Below, in pieces: positions 7,404 through 15,167 of a DNA stretch of 32,000 bases (the stretch's first letter is position 1; every line of letters begins with the position of its first letter). A program made the translations under genes and the position numbers. The stretch is from Horticoccus luteus (GTDB lineage: Bacteria; Verrucomicrobiota; Verrucomicrobiia; Opitutales; Opitutaceae): NCBI RefSeq assembly GCF_019464535.1, contig NZ_CP080507.1:900001-932000 (forward strand), read 5' to 3'. A model generated the notes under the pieces. It worked only from the letters and a program-made list of their open reading frames with translations, was not told the DNA's origin and searched no databases.

Positions 7404-8909
7404 TCAGGCGGCGGGCGGGAGCACGAAGAGAAGAATCGCGAGGAGGTGGCAGGCGGTGCCGCCGAGGGCGAAAAGTTGACGCGCGGTCTGGTGATAACGC
7501 AGGCCGGGCCAGACGTGAAACGCGATGCCGGCGAGATAACAGGCGAGTCCACCGAAGAGCAGGCCGAGGCCGCCGCCGGGGAGCGTGGCTACGAGTGGCT
7601 TCAGTGCCACGCAGGCGAGGATGCCGACGAGCACATAGGCGACGCGGGAGATGATTTTCAGACGTTGCGCGAAGAAGAGGCGGAGGAGGGCGCCCGCGAG
7701 GCACACGCCCCAGACAACACCGAAGAGACTCCAGCCCCAGGCGCCGCCGATCTTGAAAAAGAACGGCGTAGCGGTCGCGGCGATGAGGAGAAAAATTGCG
7801 ACGTGATGGCGGCGGCTGAACGGCGCGCGGACCCGGCTCGCGCGAACGCGGCGGAAGTTGAGAAACGCGGAGTAGCCGAAAACGAGCGCGCTGCCGAAGA
7901 GAATGGCGCCGACGAGGACGCCGGGGCTGCTGTCGCGCAGCGCGGCGAAGGTGGTGGCGAGGACGAGTGCGGCGATGCTTGCGAGCAGGCCGGTGCCGAG
8001 CGACAGCGACTGGGCGAGACGTTCGCCGCGGGAATAGACGGGCGCGACGGCGGCTTGCGCGGCGGCGCGGCGGCGGTGGATGAGCGCATCGCTTTGCGCG
8101 TCGCACCAGCGGATGAGGGCGCAGGGGCGCGGACTGGCGAACTCGGCGGGCGTCCATTCGGCGCCGTCGGCATAGAGCGTTTTCGGCAGGATGAAGGTGC
8201 CGAGCAAGAGGTCGGCGACGGGGAGCGTGAAGAAGCCGGAGATGGCTTCGTTGCAATCGATGACGGCGTGGTGGCGGAGATGAAAGCTGTAGACCTTGCG
8301 CCAGAACCAGCCGAGGTGGCGGTGCTCGATGAGCGGCGCCCAGCGTTCAAACGACCAGTGTTCGATCGCGTGAAAGAGTTCGTAGAGGAGGAGCGACGTG
8401 GCGAGCGCGGCGTAACCGCCGAAAAACCACGGGAAGGCCGGCGCGAGCCATTGCGCGAGGGCGAGCAGCGGCGTCACGAGCGCGGCGAACACGGCGAACG
8501 TATACCACGGGAAGAAGGAGGCTTCGCCCTGTTCGGGCTCGAGGATCGGGTAGATGTTTTCGACGAAGGGCACGTCGCGTCCGCCGGGCGTGCGGCGGCG
8601 ACCGATGCGGGTCAGCGTGTGGTGCAGCGTGTGCTGTTTGTAGAAACGACTGAGAAACGGCACCACGGGCTTGTGGAGGACGTAGCGATGAAAAACGAAC
8701 TCCATGAAACAATTGAACAGCGAGACGAGGGCGAACACGGCGGCGAAACGGCCGAGTCCGGCGGAGAGTTGCGTGTGCCAGATGTCCGCGGGGACGGCGA
8801 AATAAAGCAGGGCGCTGAGGGCGGCGAACGAGGCGGCAACCGTGAGGAGAAAAAGCGGGAGCGAAAAGTGCTCCTCGACGCGATGCGCGCCGGCGGCAGG
8901 GGAAGACAT
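7404..8909 (-). CDS. Fusion protein: fatty acid hydroxylase superfamily (di-iron His-box) domain + hemolysin III/PAQR-like 7-TM domain
   Basis: 501-aa ORF, ATG 8909. His boxes HRYVLH (aa 74-79), HTLHH (93-97), HAIEH (180-184) and HLRHH (210-214). The C-terminal ~210 aa resemble Hly-III: RRHHVAIFLLIAATATPFF and GGLACYLAGIAFHVWPGLRYHQTARQLFALGGTACHLLAI. Confidence 0.8.
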   Translation of the reverse strand: MSSPAAGAHRVEEHFSLPLFLLTVAASFAALSALLYFAVPADIWHTQLSAGLGRFAAVFALVSLFNCFMEFVFHRYVLHKPVVPFLSRFYKQHTLHHTLTRIGRRRTPGGRDVPFVENIYPILEPEQGEASFFPWYTFAVFAALVTPLLALAQWLAPAFPWFFGGYAALATSLLLYELFHAIEHWSFERWAPLIEHRHLGWFWRKVYSFHLRHHAVIDCNEAISGFFTLPVADLLLGTFILPKTLYADGAEWTPAEFASPRPCALIRWCDAQSDALIHRRRAAAQAAVAPVYSRGERLAQSLSLGTGLLASIAALVLATTFAALRDSSPGVLVGAILFGSALVFGYSAFLNFRRVRASRVRAPFSRRHHVAIFLLIAATATPFFFKIGGAWGWSLFGVVWGVCLAGALLRLFFAQRLKIISRVAYVLVGILACVALKPLVATLPGGGLGLLFGGLACYLAGIAFHVWPGLRYHQTARQLFALGGTACHLLAILLFVLPPAA

Positions 8910-9092
8910 ACGACAGAGTCCGGGGCATCTGCGATAATAGCAATGGTGGAACCGGGCCTCCGTGGGGGCGTCGCGGTGTCAGGCGCGGCGGGCGAACGCG
9001 TTGCAGAGCTGCAGCGCAGAGGATATTTCGGCCGAAAGAATGGGCGGCCGGGGAATTGGGCCGACTGAGAGCCGGCGTATCCGCGACGCAGT

Positions 9093-9120
9093 TGTGGGGT
9101 GAGGTCACCCCGCCTACAGA
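9093..9120. repeat. REP-like palindromic element, copy A (core GGGGTGAGGTCACCCC at 9096..9111)
   Basis: tgtGGGGTGAGGTCACCCCgcctacaga, 22 nt downstream of the stop of the minus-strand gene 9142..9954. Related copies lie at 24769..24799 and 24818..24850. Confidence 0.7.
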
Positions 9121-9141
9121 CGAGAGCGGTTTCGTGCGCGG

Positions 9142-9954
9142 TCAGGCGCGGCGGCGGCGCCACGCGACGAAGCCCAACACACAGAGGCCGAGCACAGCAG
9201 CGTAGGTGGATGGCTCGGGCACGGCGGCGAGGGCGGGATTGGACAGCATGGACGTGTTGAACGTGCCGTCGGCGAAGGTGAAGAGCCGCGCTTCGTCGAT
9301 CGCGCCGGTGAAGTTGTCCGAGTGGGTGCTGTTGCCGAGCGAGAGGTAACCAGAGAGGAAATTGAAACTGGTGGCGGAGGAGCCGATGACGGTCTTTTGG
9401 TTGTCGAAATAGGCGTCGAGTGATTGGGCGTCAGCGTCGTAAACGAAGGCCGCATAGTGCCAGGCTGAGTCGGTGACGGTGGCGAAATTATCAACCGAGA
9501 TTCCGCCGCGGAGCACAGCCAGCGAGCCATTGTTCAAATACAAGCCGAGGCCGGAGCTGGCGGTGTCGCCATTATAAAAGAGCACTTGGGAACCGCCGGT
9601 GAGCGAGGGCACTTTGAACCAGAGCTCCATCGCGAAACTTTGCGAGGCGTTGAGGCTGGTGATGACGCTTTCCTGATAAGAGGCGGTGGACGCGAAATCA
9701 TAAGCCAGCGAGGAGCCCGGCGCGGCGGTTGCGCTCGTGTAGGTGCCGCCGGTGCCGATCTTGCTGGCGTCGTTGAGACCGGCCGAATCGACGGCGGTGG
9801 CATTCAAGGTGACCGCGTTGGCGGCCGCGCTATCGGCTTCGCCGCCGCGAAAAAGGCGAACGGTGGTTTGGGCCGAGAGGGCCGCGGTGGCGAATGACAT
9901 GACAACCGCGACGGGGATCAAGCGGACCAAGCAGCGCAGGGAGGCGGGTAACAT
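9142..9954 (-). CDS. LamG/concanavalin-A-like lectin domain protein with PEP-CTERM sorting signal
   Basis: ORF 9142..9999. ATG 9954 gives the signal peptide MLPASLRCLVRLIPVAVVMSFATAALSAQT. LamG-like features: ELWFKV....LFYNG, WHYAAFVYD, GAIDEARLF. C-terminus VPEPSTYAAVLGLCVLGFVAWRRRRA. Confidence 0.8.
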   Translation of the reverse strand: MLPASLRCLVRLIPVAVVMSFATAALSAQTTVRLFRGGEADSAAANAVTLNATAVDSAGLNDASKIGTGGTYTSATAAPGSSLAYDFASTASYQESVITSLNASQSFAMELWFKVPSLTGGSQVLFYNGDTASSGLGLYLNNGSLAVLRGGISVDNFATVTDSAWHYAAFVYDADAQSLDAYFDNQKTVIGSSATSFNFLSGYLSLGNSTHSDNFTGAIDEARLFTFADGTFNTSMLSNPALAAVPEPSTYAAVLGLCVLGFVAWRRRRA

Positions 9955-10090
9955 TGTGAATGAGGAGAAGATACCGTTCCGCGCAGGCGTCAAAGGCATT
10001 TACCGTGAACGGCGGCAGGTTGTGACGGCGCAGACGTTGGCTGGAAAATTTTGGGCTGGGGAAGCGGCGGCGGTTGGTTGAACGTGGGGC

Positions 10091-10882
10091 ATGGGTGCGT
10101 CCGACGAATTGTCCGTCGCTGAAACGGAGCTTTCCGAGCCGCAAGCCGCACGGGCGGCGAGAGGGGAGACGGAGACGCATCGCCGGTTGAAGCGCCTCGC
10201 GCTGGCCTGGGCGCAGGCGAATGGCCTGGCGATCGGCGCGTGCGAAGTGCGGGTGCCGCGTTGCGGTTATCGCGCGGATGCGGCGGCGGCGGCGCGGGGG
10301 GCGGAGGGGCGGCGGACGGCGGTGTTTGAATGCAAACAGGCGCGGGCGGATTTATTGAAGGATGCGCACGCGGAAGAGGAAACGAAGCGGCGGCTCGCGG
10401 AGTTGCTCGAGCGCCGGAGCAAGTTGGAGGCGCTGCTGGCGGTGCATCGGCCGGATTTGCGGCGTGGTGAGGCGTTGTGGCCGGAGTTCGATACGTGGGA
10501 TTTCTCGGGTCTGGAGCACGCGGCGTATCGGAGTGTGCTGACGGAGCTGGCGACGGTGCAGGCGCGCGTGGTGAAGGGAACGAAGTTTGCGAAGATGCTG
10601 CGTTATCGTTGCGCGGATTTTCTCTACCTCGTGGTGGAGGATAATATTTTTGCGGAAGCGGAAATCCCCGCGGGGTGGGGCTTGCTGGTGCGACGCGGTG
10701 AGACCGATGAACTGGTGCTCAAGCGGGCGCCGGTGGCATTGGCGGCGGCGGAGGCGCAGCGGCTCGCGTTGCTCGAAGAGATCGCGCTGGCGGCGACGCG
10801 CGTGGTGAGTCGCGCGTTGGGAATTCCGCGTGGCAGCGGAGACGGATGCGGGGCGCCCAACGGGTCCGGTCGCTGGCGGTGA
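10091..10882 (+). CDS. PD-(D/E)xK nuclease-fold protein, MmcB-like, with a central coiled-coil-like insertion
   Basis: 263-aa ORF, ATG 10091. ETHRRLKRLALAWAQANGL...GYRADAAA...TAVFECKQARADLLKD gives a D...ExK arrangement. Later YRCADFLYLVVED...IPAGWGLLV resembles MmcB/DUF1052-type proteins as I remember them. The assignment is unverified. Confidence 0.55.
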   Translation: MGASDELSVAETELSEPQAARAARGETETHRRLKRLALAWAQANGLAIGACEVRVPRCGYRADAAAAARGAEGRRTAVFECKQARADLLKDAHAEEETKRRLAELLERRSKLEALLAVHRPDLRRGEALWPEFDTWDFSGLEHAAYRSVLTELATVQARVVKGTKFAKMLRYRCADFLYLVVEDNIFAEAEIPAGWGLLVRRGETDELVLKRAPVALAAAEAQRLALLEEIALAATRVVSRALGIPRGSGDGCGAPNGSGRWR

Positions 10883-10972
10883 CGCGCAGGAGCGGACGCG
10901 GCGTTGAGGAGGCGGAATTTCGAGCGGGTGCGACCGGAGCCGGCGGGCGCTGGGCGGAAAACGACCGGGGAT

Positions 10973-13183
10973 TTAACCGCGCTTTTCCGAAGGGGCCGCG
11001 GGAGCCGGAGGCTGGCGGAGTTCCTGCAGGAAGGACTGGCCGGGCTTGAACTGGGGCACGCTGTTGACGATGGCCTCGGCGAGGCGGCGGGCCGTGTCGC
11101 GATCGCCATGCGCGAGGGTTTCCCGGGCGATGGTGAGCGCGCGGGGCGCTTCGAGCGGGCGCAAGTGGAGTTGTTGCGCCACGAAAATCGCGGCGGAGAG
11201 AGGATCCTGCAGTTCGAGGGCGCAGCGCACTTCGCGCCAGGCGATGTCGGACTGGGTTTGCGCGAGCCAGGAAGGATTTTCGGCGCGGACATCGCGGATC
11301 ATGGCTTGGACTTGAGGCCAAGCTTGGCGTTGAGCGGCGGCGTCGAGTTTCGCCAGAAATTCGGTGGGAGTGAGCGCAGCGTAAACGGAGGCCGGAGCAG
11401 CGGGGGCGGCGAGCAAGAGTTGGGCGGCCGCGACGGCGCCGGCGCCGATCGTGGGGTCCGCTGCGGGCGGAGCGGAGCCATCGGCGGGCGCGGGAAGCGC
11501 GGAGGGAGTAGGAGCGGGGAGCGCGGCAATTTTGTCTGCGGCGGTGTCGCTCCAGCGGGTGAGTCGCGTGCTGCCGGGAAAGCGCACGAGACCGGTGCGG
11601 GCGACGGCGGCGACGGCGGGCCAGTGGCCGGCTTGGGCGAGGGATTCTGCGCTGCTGGTAAACGCGGTGAGGCCGAGGTTGCCTTGTTGCAGGACGCTGC
11701 AGTGCGCTTCGGCGCGGTCGTCAGCGGGCATGGCGAGGGCGCCGAGGAGGGTTTGCAGCCAGTCGCGGATGACGGGCGTGAGCGGGACCGGCGGGGCAGC
11801 AGCGACGCCGCGGGCGCCGCCGAAGCCGGGACCGCCCAGGGTGCGGGCGGTGAGACCTGCGTCACCGGCGGGCAGGTTGGCTTGGTTGTCCAGGATTTTC
11901 TGATCTTCCGTGAGGAGTTGCTTGAAGGTGTCGTTCGCGGCACCGAGATCGCCCACTTTGAGATAGGTGACGGTGAGATCGGTGAGCGGGTTAATCACGG
12001 AGCGGCCGAGTCCGCGGGAATCTTCGACGCAGAGGGCGACCAGATCGGGGTGGCCGGAGTCGAGGGCGGCTTGAGCGAGGCGGTCGGCGCTGGTGGGATT
12101 GCCGTCGAAGCGGCGCAAGGCATCCTGCAGGGTCAACCAGGCGGCGTCGCGGGCGCCTGCGCGGCTGTAGAGGCCGATGGCTTCGGTCCAGACGGCGGGT
12201 TCGGTGGGATGACGCTGCTGGAGCGACTCGATCGTTTTGGTCAAACCGGCGACATCGCCGCGGCGGCTGAGGACGACGGAGAGGATTTGGAGTTGGAAGT
12301 CGGTGGGAAGCGCGGTGCTGGACCACGCGCGAACTTCCTTTTCCAGCGCGGCGCCGTGACCGAGGCCGAGTTGGGCTTGCACGTGGAGCGAGCGCCAGTT
12401 GAGCGATGAGTTAACACCGGCTTCGTCGAGGACGGCTTGCGCGTCGGCGTAGCGCTCGAGGGCGATAAGTGCGCGGGCCTTTTGTTCGAGGATCCAGGTA
12501 TGCTCGGCAGGATCGCGCGCTGTGCCGGGCAACAGGCGATCGCAGACGGAGAGGACCGTGGCGTGGTCGTCGAATCTCGCGGACGTTTGCACCAGGAAGT
12601 GGATGAAATCAGTCGGCGGGCGGGAGCGATCCAACTGGGGCAGCATGATGTCGCGCACGCCGCGATAGTAACCGTAGCGCGCGTAAACTTGCGCGAGGGC
12701 GAGGCGGGCGTCGGGAGCGTCGGGGTGGCGCGAGAGGCCGTGGCGAAAGTCGAACATCGCCTGGTCGAGTTTTTGATGAGCGAGGGCGTCGAAGCCGGCG
12801 GCAATGTAACCTTGGCCGCGCAGATCGCGGATCTGCGTCCAGTGCCAGGGCAGGACGAGGTCGGTGTAGCGCACACGGTTGAAGGGCTGGCTGCGCAACT
12901 GCGCGTAGAGGAGCCCGGCGCCGCCGAACCAAAGGGCGAGCGCGGCCGCGCCCGCGATCTTGAGCAGCGCGCGGGCGTCGAGCCACAGGGTCTTGTAATG
13001 GCCGGCGGTGGACTCGTCTTCGATGACCCGGGCGAGGCCCTTGAAGCCGCGGGCGCGGCGGTCGTGGTGCGAGTGTTTATTCCAAACGAGGCGGAAGCGG
13101 ATTTTCACGGGCGAAGAGGAGCGGAAAGCAGTTGAGCCGCAGATGAAAGTAATTCGCGAGGGTGGAAACGAAAAAACGCGCAA
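10973..13183 (-). CDS. Membrane-anchored TPR/helical-repeat protein
   Basis: 736-aa ORF with a TTG start at 13183; an alternative GTG at 13108 leaves the start uncertain. One predicted TM (LLKIAGAAALALWFGGAGLLYAQL). TPR-like helical repeats (ALAQVYARYGYYRGV, ARALIALERYADAQAVL, etc.). Ala/Pro-rich linker and a helical C-terminal region. Confidence 0.75.
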   Translation of the reverse strand: MRVFSFPPSRITFICGSTAFRSSSPVKIRFRLVWNKHSHHDRRARGFKGLARVIEDESTAGHYKTLWLDARALLKIAGAAALALWFGGAGLLYAQLRSQPFNRVRYTDLVLPWHWTQIRDLRGQGYIAAGFDALAHQKLDQAMFDFRHGLSRHPDAPDARLALAQVYARYGYYRGVRDIMLPQLDRSRPPTDFIHFLVQTSARFDDHATVLSVCDRLLPGTARDPAEHTWILEQKARALIALERYADAQAVLDEAGVNSSLNWRSLHVQAQLGLGHGAALEKEVRAWSSTALPTDFQLQILSVVLSRRGDVAGLTKTIESLQQRHPTEPAVWTEAIGLYSRAGARDAAWLTLQDALRRFDGNPTSADRLAQAALDSGHPDLVALCVEDSRGLGRSVINPLTDLTVTYLKVGDLGAANDTFKQLLTEDQKILDNQANLPAGDAGLTARTLGGPGFGGARGVAAAPPVPLTPVIRDWLQTLLGALAMPADDRAEAHCSVLQQGNLGLTAFTSSAESLAQAGHWPAVAAVARTGLVRFPGSTRLTRWSDTAADKIAALPAPTPSALPAPADGSAPPAADPTIGAGAVAAAQLLLAAPAAPASVYAALTPTEFLAKLDAAAQRQAWPQVQAMIRDVRAENPSWLAQTQSDIAWREVRCALELQDPLSAAIFVAQQLHLRPLEAPRALTIARETLAHGDRDTARRLAEAIVNSVPQFKPGQSFLQELRQPPAPAAPSEKRG

Positions 13184-13308
13184 ATGAAATGCGGGGCGAA
13201 GGGAAAGGCGCGGGCGAACGCCGGGCGAGGGAATCGTGCACGTGACGCGCGGGGAAAATCGAGGCGCAGCGATTGGACAAATGGGCGGGGCGCGCGACCG
13301 TTGGGGTT

Positions 13309-14115
13309 ATGCCGGAAACGACACCGCCAAACATCGATGATGCAGGACATGAAGTGCGCACGTATTTTGTGCGCGGACGCAACGCGCTCGTGGCGCGGGC
13401 GAATTTCAGCGAACTGTTCGTCGATTATTATCTGCACCTCGCGGATCAGAAGATGCATCCGCAGGCGGCGCACGATGCGATGTTCAAGCGGGCGCTGGCG
13501 GCGTTTACGCTGCATTGCGCGTCGCGGCCGTGGAATGAGCTGACGGCGTGGACGATCAACTTTCAGGCGCCGTTGGTGAATTTGTTTCTCACGGGCGACA
13601 ACACGAACGGCGCGGTGACGGGCCGGGTGTTTGACGACAACGTGAAGGAATTGCCGGAGAATTTGTTTTATGCGGACGTGGTGCGCGGCAACCAGCCGAC
13701 GCGGCGCAGCACGATCAGCTTCACGGGAGCGGAGCCGCTCGCGGCGGCGGAGAAATTTTACCGGCAGAGCGAGCAGCGCGTGGCGCGATATTTCCAAATC
13801 GGGGAGGAGGATTTCGTGATGGTGACGGAGCACCCCGATTGCGACATGGCATGGCTGGAGGGACTGACGACCGAGGCGATGAAAACGGTGGATGAGACCG
13901 AGACGCTGGCGTTGCTCGAGCGGCGGATCTATCGCTGGCACTGCGGTTGCAATCAGGAGCGCATGATGGAAGTGCTGGCGCCGGCGATGCGGCACAATCC
14001 GGAGGAGCTGTTTGGCGGTGAGCCGAAGTTGGAGATTCGTTGCCCGCGGTGCGGGGCACGACATGCGATCACGCGCGAAGGGTTGGAGGCGTTTGTGGCG
14101 AGCCACGCGGAGTGA
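13309..14115 (+). CDS. hslO: Hsp33 family redox-regulated molecular chaperone
   Basis: ORF 13273 (TTG)..14115; first ATG at 13309. FYRQSEQRVARYF parallels E. coli Hsp33 YFMRSEQLPTRLF. C-terminal zinc centre CGCNQERMMEVL ... IRCPRCGARHAI (CxC...CxxC). Confidence 0.85.
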   Translation: MPETTPPNIDDAGHEVRTYFVRGRNALVARANFSELFVDYYLHLADQKMHPQAAHDAMFKRALAAFTLHCASRPWNELTAWTINFQAPLVNLFLTGDNTNGAVTGRVFDDNVKELPENLFYADVVRGNQPTRRSTISFTGAEPLAAAEKFYRQSEQRVARYFQIGEEDFVMVTEHPDCDMAWLEGLTTEAMKTVDETETLALLERRIYRWHCGCNQERMMEVLAPAMRHNPEELFGGEPKLEIRCPRCGARHAITREGLEAFVASHAE

Positions 14116-14374
14116 GACGGGGCGCGCGCGAGCGCTGGCGCGACGGCGGGGGATGAGGGCGGAGCAAGGAGGGGCGGAGAACGACGGGCGGGATTATCGA
14201 GGCTCGGGTAACAGACTGACAGGTGGGCTGCGGTAGTGCGCTCCGCGCGCGGCTCGGGCGCAACGATGCTCGACGAACCATTGCGCGCGGAACGCACGGC
14301 CACCCGGCGCGGCGTAAGTTTGATATGCGAGCCTCAATGAGAGGACGATCAGGATGACGAGAACGAACGAGTGG

Positions 14375-14407
14375 GATTAAGAGAACGATTACGATTAAGA
14401 GAACGAT
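14375..14407. repeat. Tandem direct repeat (2 x GATTAAGAGAACGAT, 18-nt period) inside a purine-rich tract
   Basis: gattaagagaacgat at 14375..14389 and again at 14393..14407. They are embedded in a purine-rich stretch (~14338..14430) with degenerate GA(N)GA(N)CGA units, in the 383-nt intergenic region upstream of pnuC. Confidence 0.8.
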
Positions 14408-14498
14408 CGGGAGGCGGAGAGAGGCGGCGGGCGCAAGGCGGTGAGCGTGTTTTTTATTTCGCTACGGGAATGGGGGCGGGAGAGAACGGCGGACGGGC

Positions 14499-15167
14499 AT
14501 GAACGAAGTGGAGCATAATATCCTGGCGGGGTTTGTGGACGCGTCGGCGCTCGATCTGGCGAATCTGGTGCTGGGGGTCGTCGGCGTGTGGTTGATGATC
14601 CGGCGGACGTTGTGGGCGTTTCCGGTGGGCTTGGTCGCGGTGACGGTGCAGGGCGTGCTGTTCTGGCGGTCGCATTTTCCGGCCGATGCGCTGCTGCAGG
14701 TTTTCTTTTTTGTGACGCTCGCGTGGGGCTGGTGGCATTGGGCGCGCGGCGGGCGGACGGCGGCGGACGCAGCGGGCGAAACCAAAGCGGAGTTGCCCGT
14801 GGGACGACTGACGTGGCGCGGTTGGCTCGTGACGCTGGGGCTGGCGACGGGCGCGATGGTGGCGTGGGCGACGATGGTGGGTCCGTGGATGGGCGCGGCG
14901 ATGCCGTGGCGGGATGCGTTTATCGCGATGTTCAGCGTGGCGGCGCAGGTGCTGCAGGCGCGGAAGAATGTGGAAAACTGGCCGCTGTGGCTGGCGGTGA
15001 ACGGAGTGGCGATCGTGTCGTATTGGAGCGCGGCGCTGGCGTTCACGGCGTTTCTTTATGCGATTTATCTGGGGCTGGCGGTGGCGGGCTGGCGAGCGTG
15101 GCGCAAGGCGTTGCGGGTGCAGGATGCGGAGCGCGCCGGCGCGGCGGCGGAGGGATTGAAGGCGTGA
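14499..15167 (+). CDS. pnuC: Nicotinamide riboside transporter PnuC
   Basis: 222-aa ORF, ATG 14499. Multi-TM protein with PnuC hallmarks: VWLMIRRTLWAFPVGLV, DALLQVFFFVTLAWGWWHW, QVLQARKNVENWPLWLAVN. Confidence 0.9.
   Translation: MNEVEHNILAGFVDASALDLANLVLGVVGVWLMIRRTLWAFPVGLVAVTVQGVLFWRSHFPADALLQVFFFVTLAWGWWHWARGGRTAADAAGETKAELPVGRLTWRGWLVTLGLATGAMVAWATMVGPWMGAAMPWRDAFIAMFSVAAQVLQARKNVENWPLWLAVNGVAIVSYWSAALAFTAFLYAIYLGLAVAGWRAWRKALRVQDAERAGAAAEGLKA

Noticed and set aside
7225-8256. N-terminal 344 aa of the 600-aa ORF 6454..8256, which would make a much longer LuxR protein.
   Set aside because: This part is extremely R/P-rich and overlaps the well-supported FA-hydroxylase/Hly-III gene in another frame. 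A clean ATG at 7224 yields a normal 256-aa regulator.
7365-9068. 567-aa plus-strand ORF, plus ORFs 7658..8350, 8347..9108 and 8612..9163.
   Set aside because: They are antisense or out of frame to 7404..8909 and have E/G/A/R-rich low complexity.
10081-10093. ACGTGGGG half-site resembling the PATR upstream palindrome, about 85-130 nt upstream of the LamG/PEP-CTERM gene.
   Set aside because: Only one arm is present (ggttgaACGTGGGG) and it overlaps the ATG of the plus-strand gene at 10091. An 8-mer match is not significant in this GC-rich sequence. CCACGTGGGG also occurs inside the tatD-family CDS near 23189.
14375-14407. Could the tandem repeats be a CRISPR array or a minisatellite-encoded peptide?
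   Set aside because: There are only two perfect 15-nt copies with 3-nt spacers, far too short for CRISPR. The only ORFs through them are 7-9 codons long.
14588-15163. N-terminal 192 codons of ORF 14588..15712.
   Set aside because: They overlap pnuC in another frame and have G/R/A-rich nonsense composition. The recognisable NadR-RNK sequence starts at GTG 15164.
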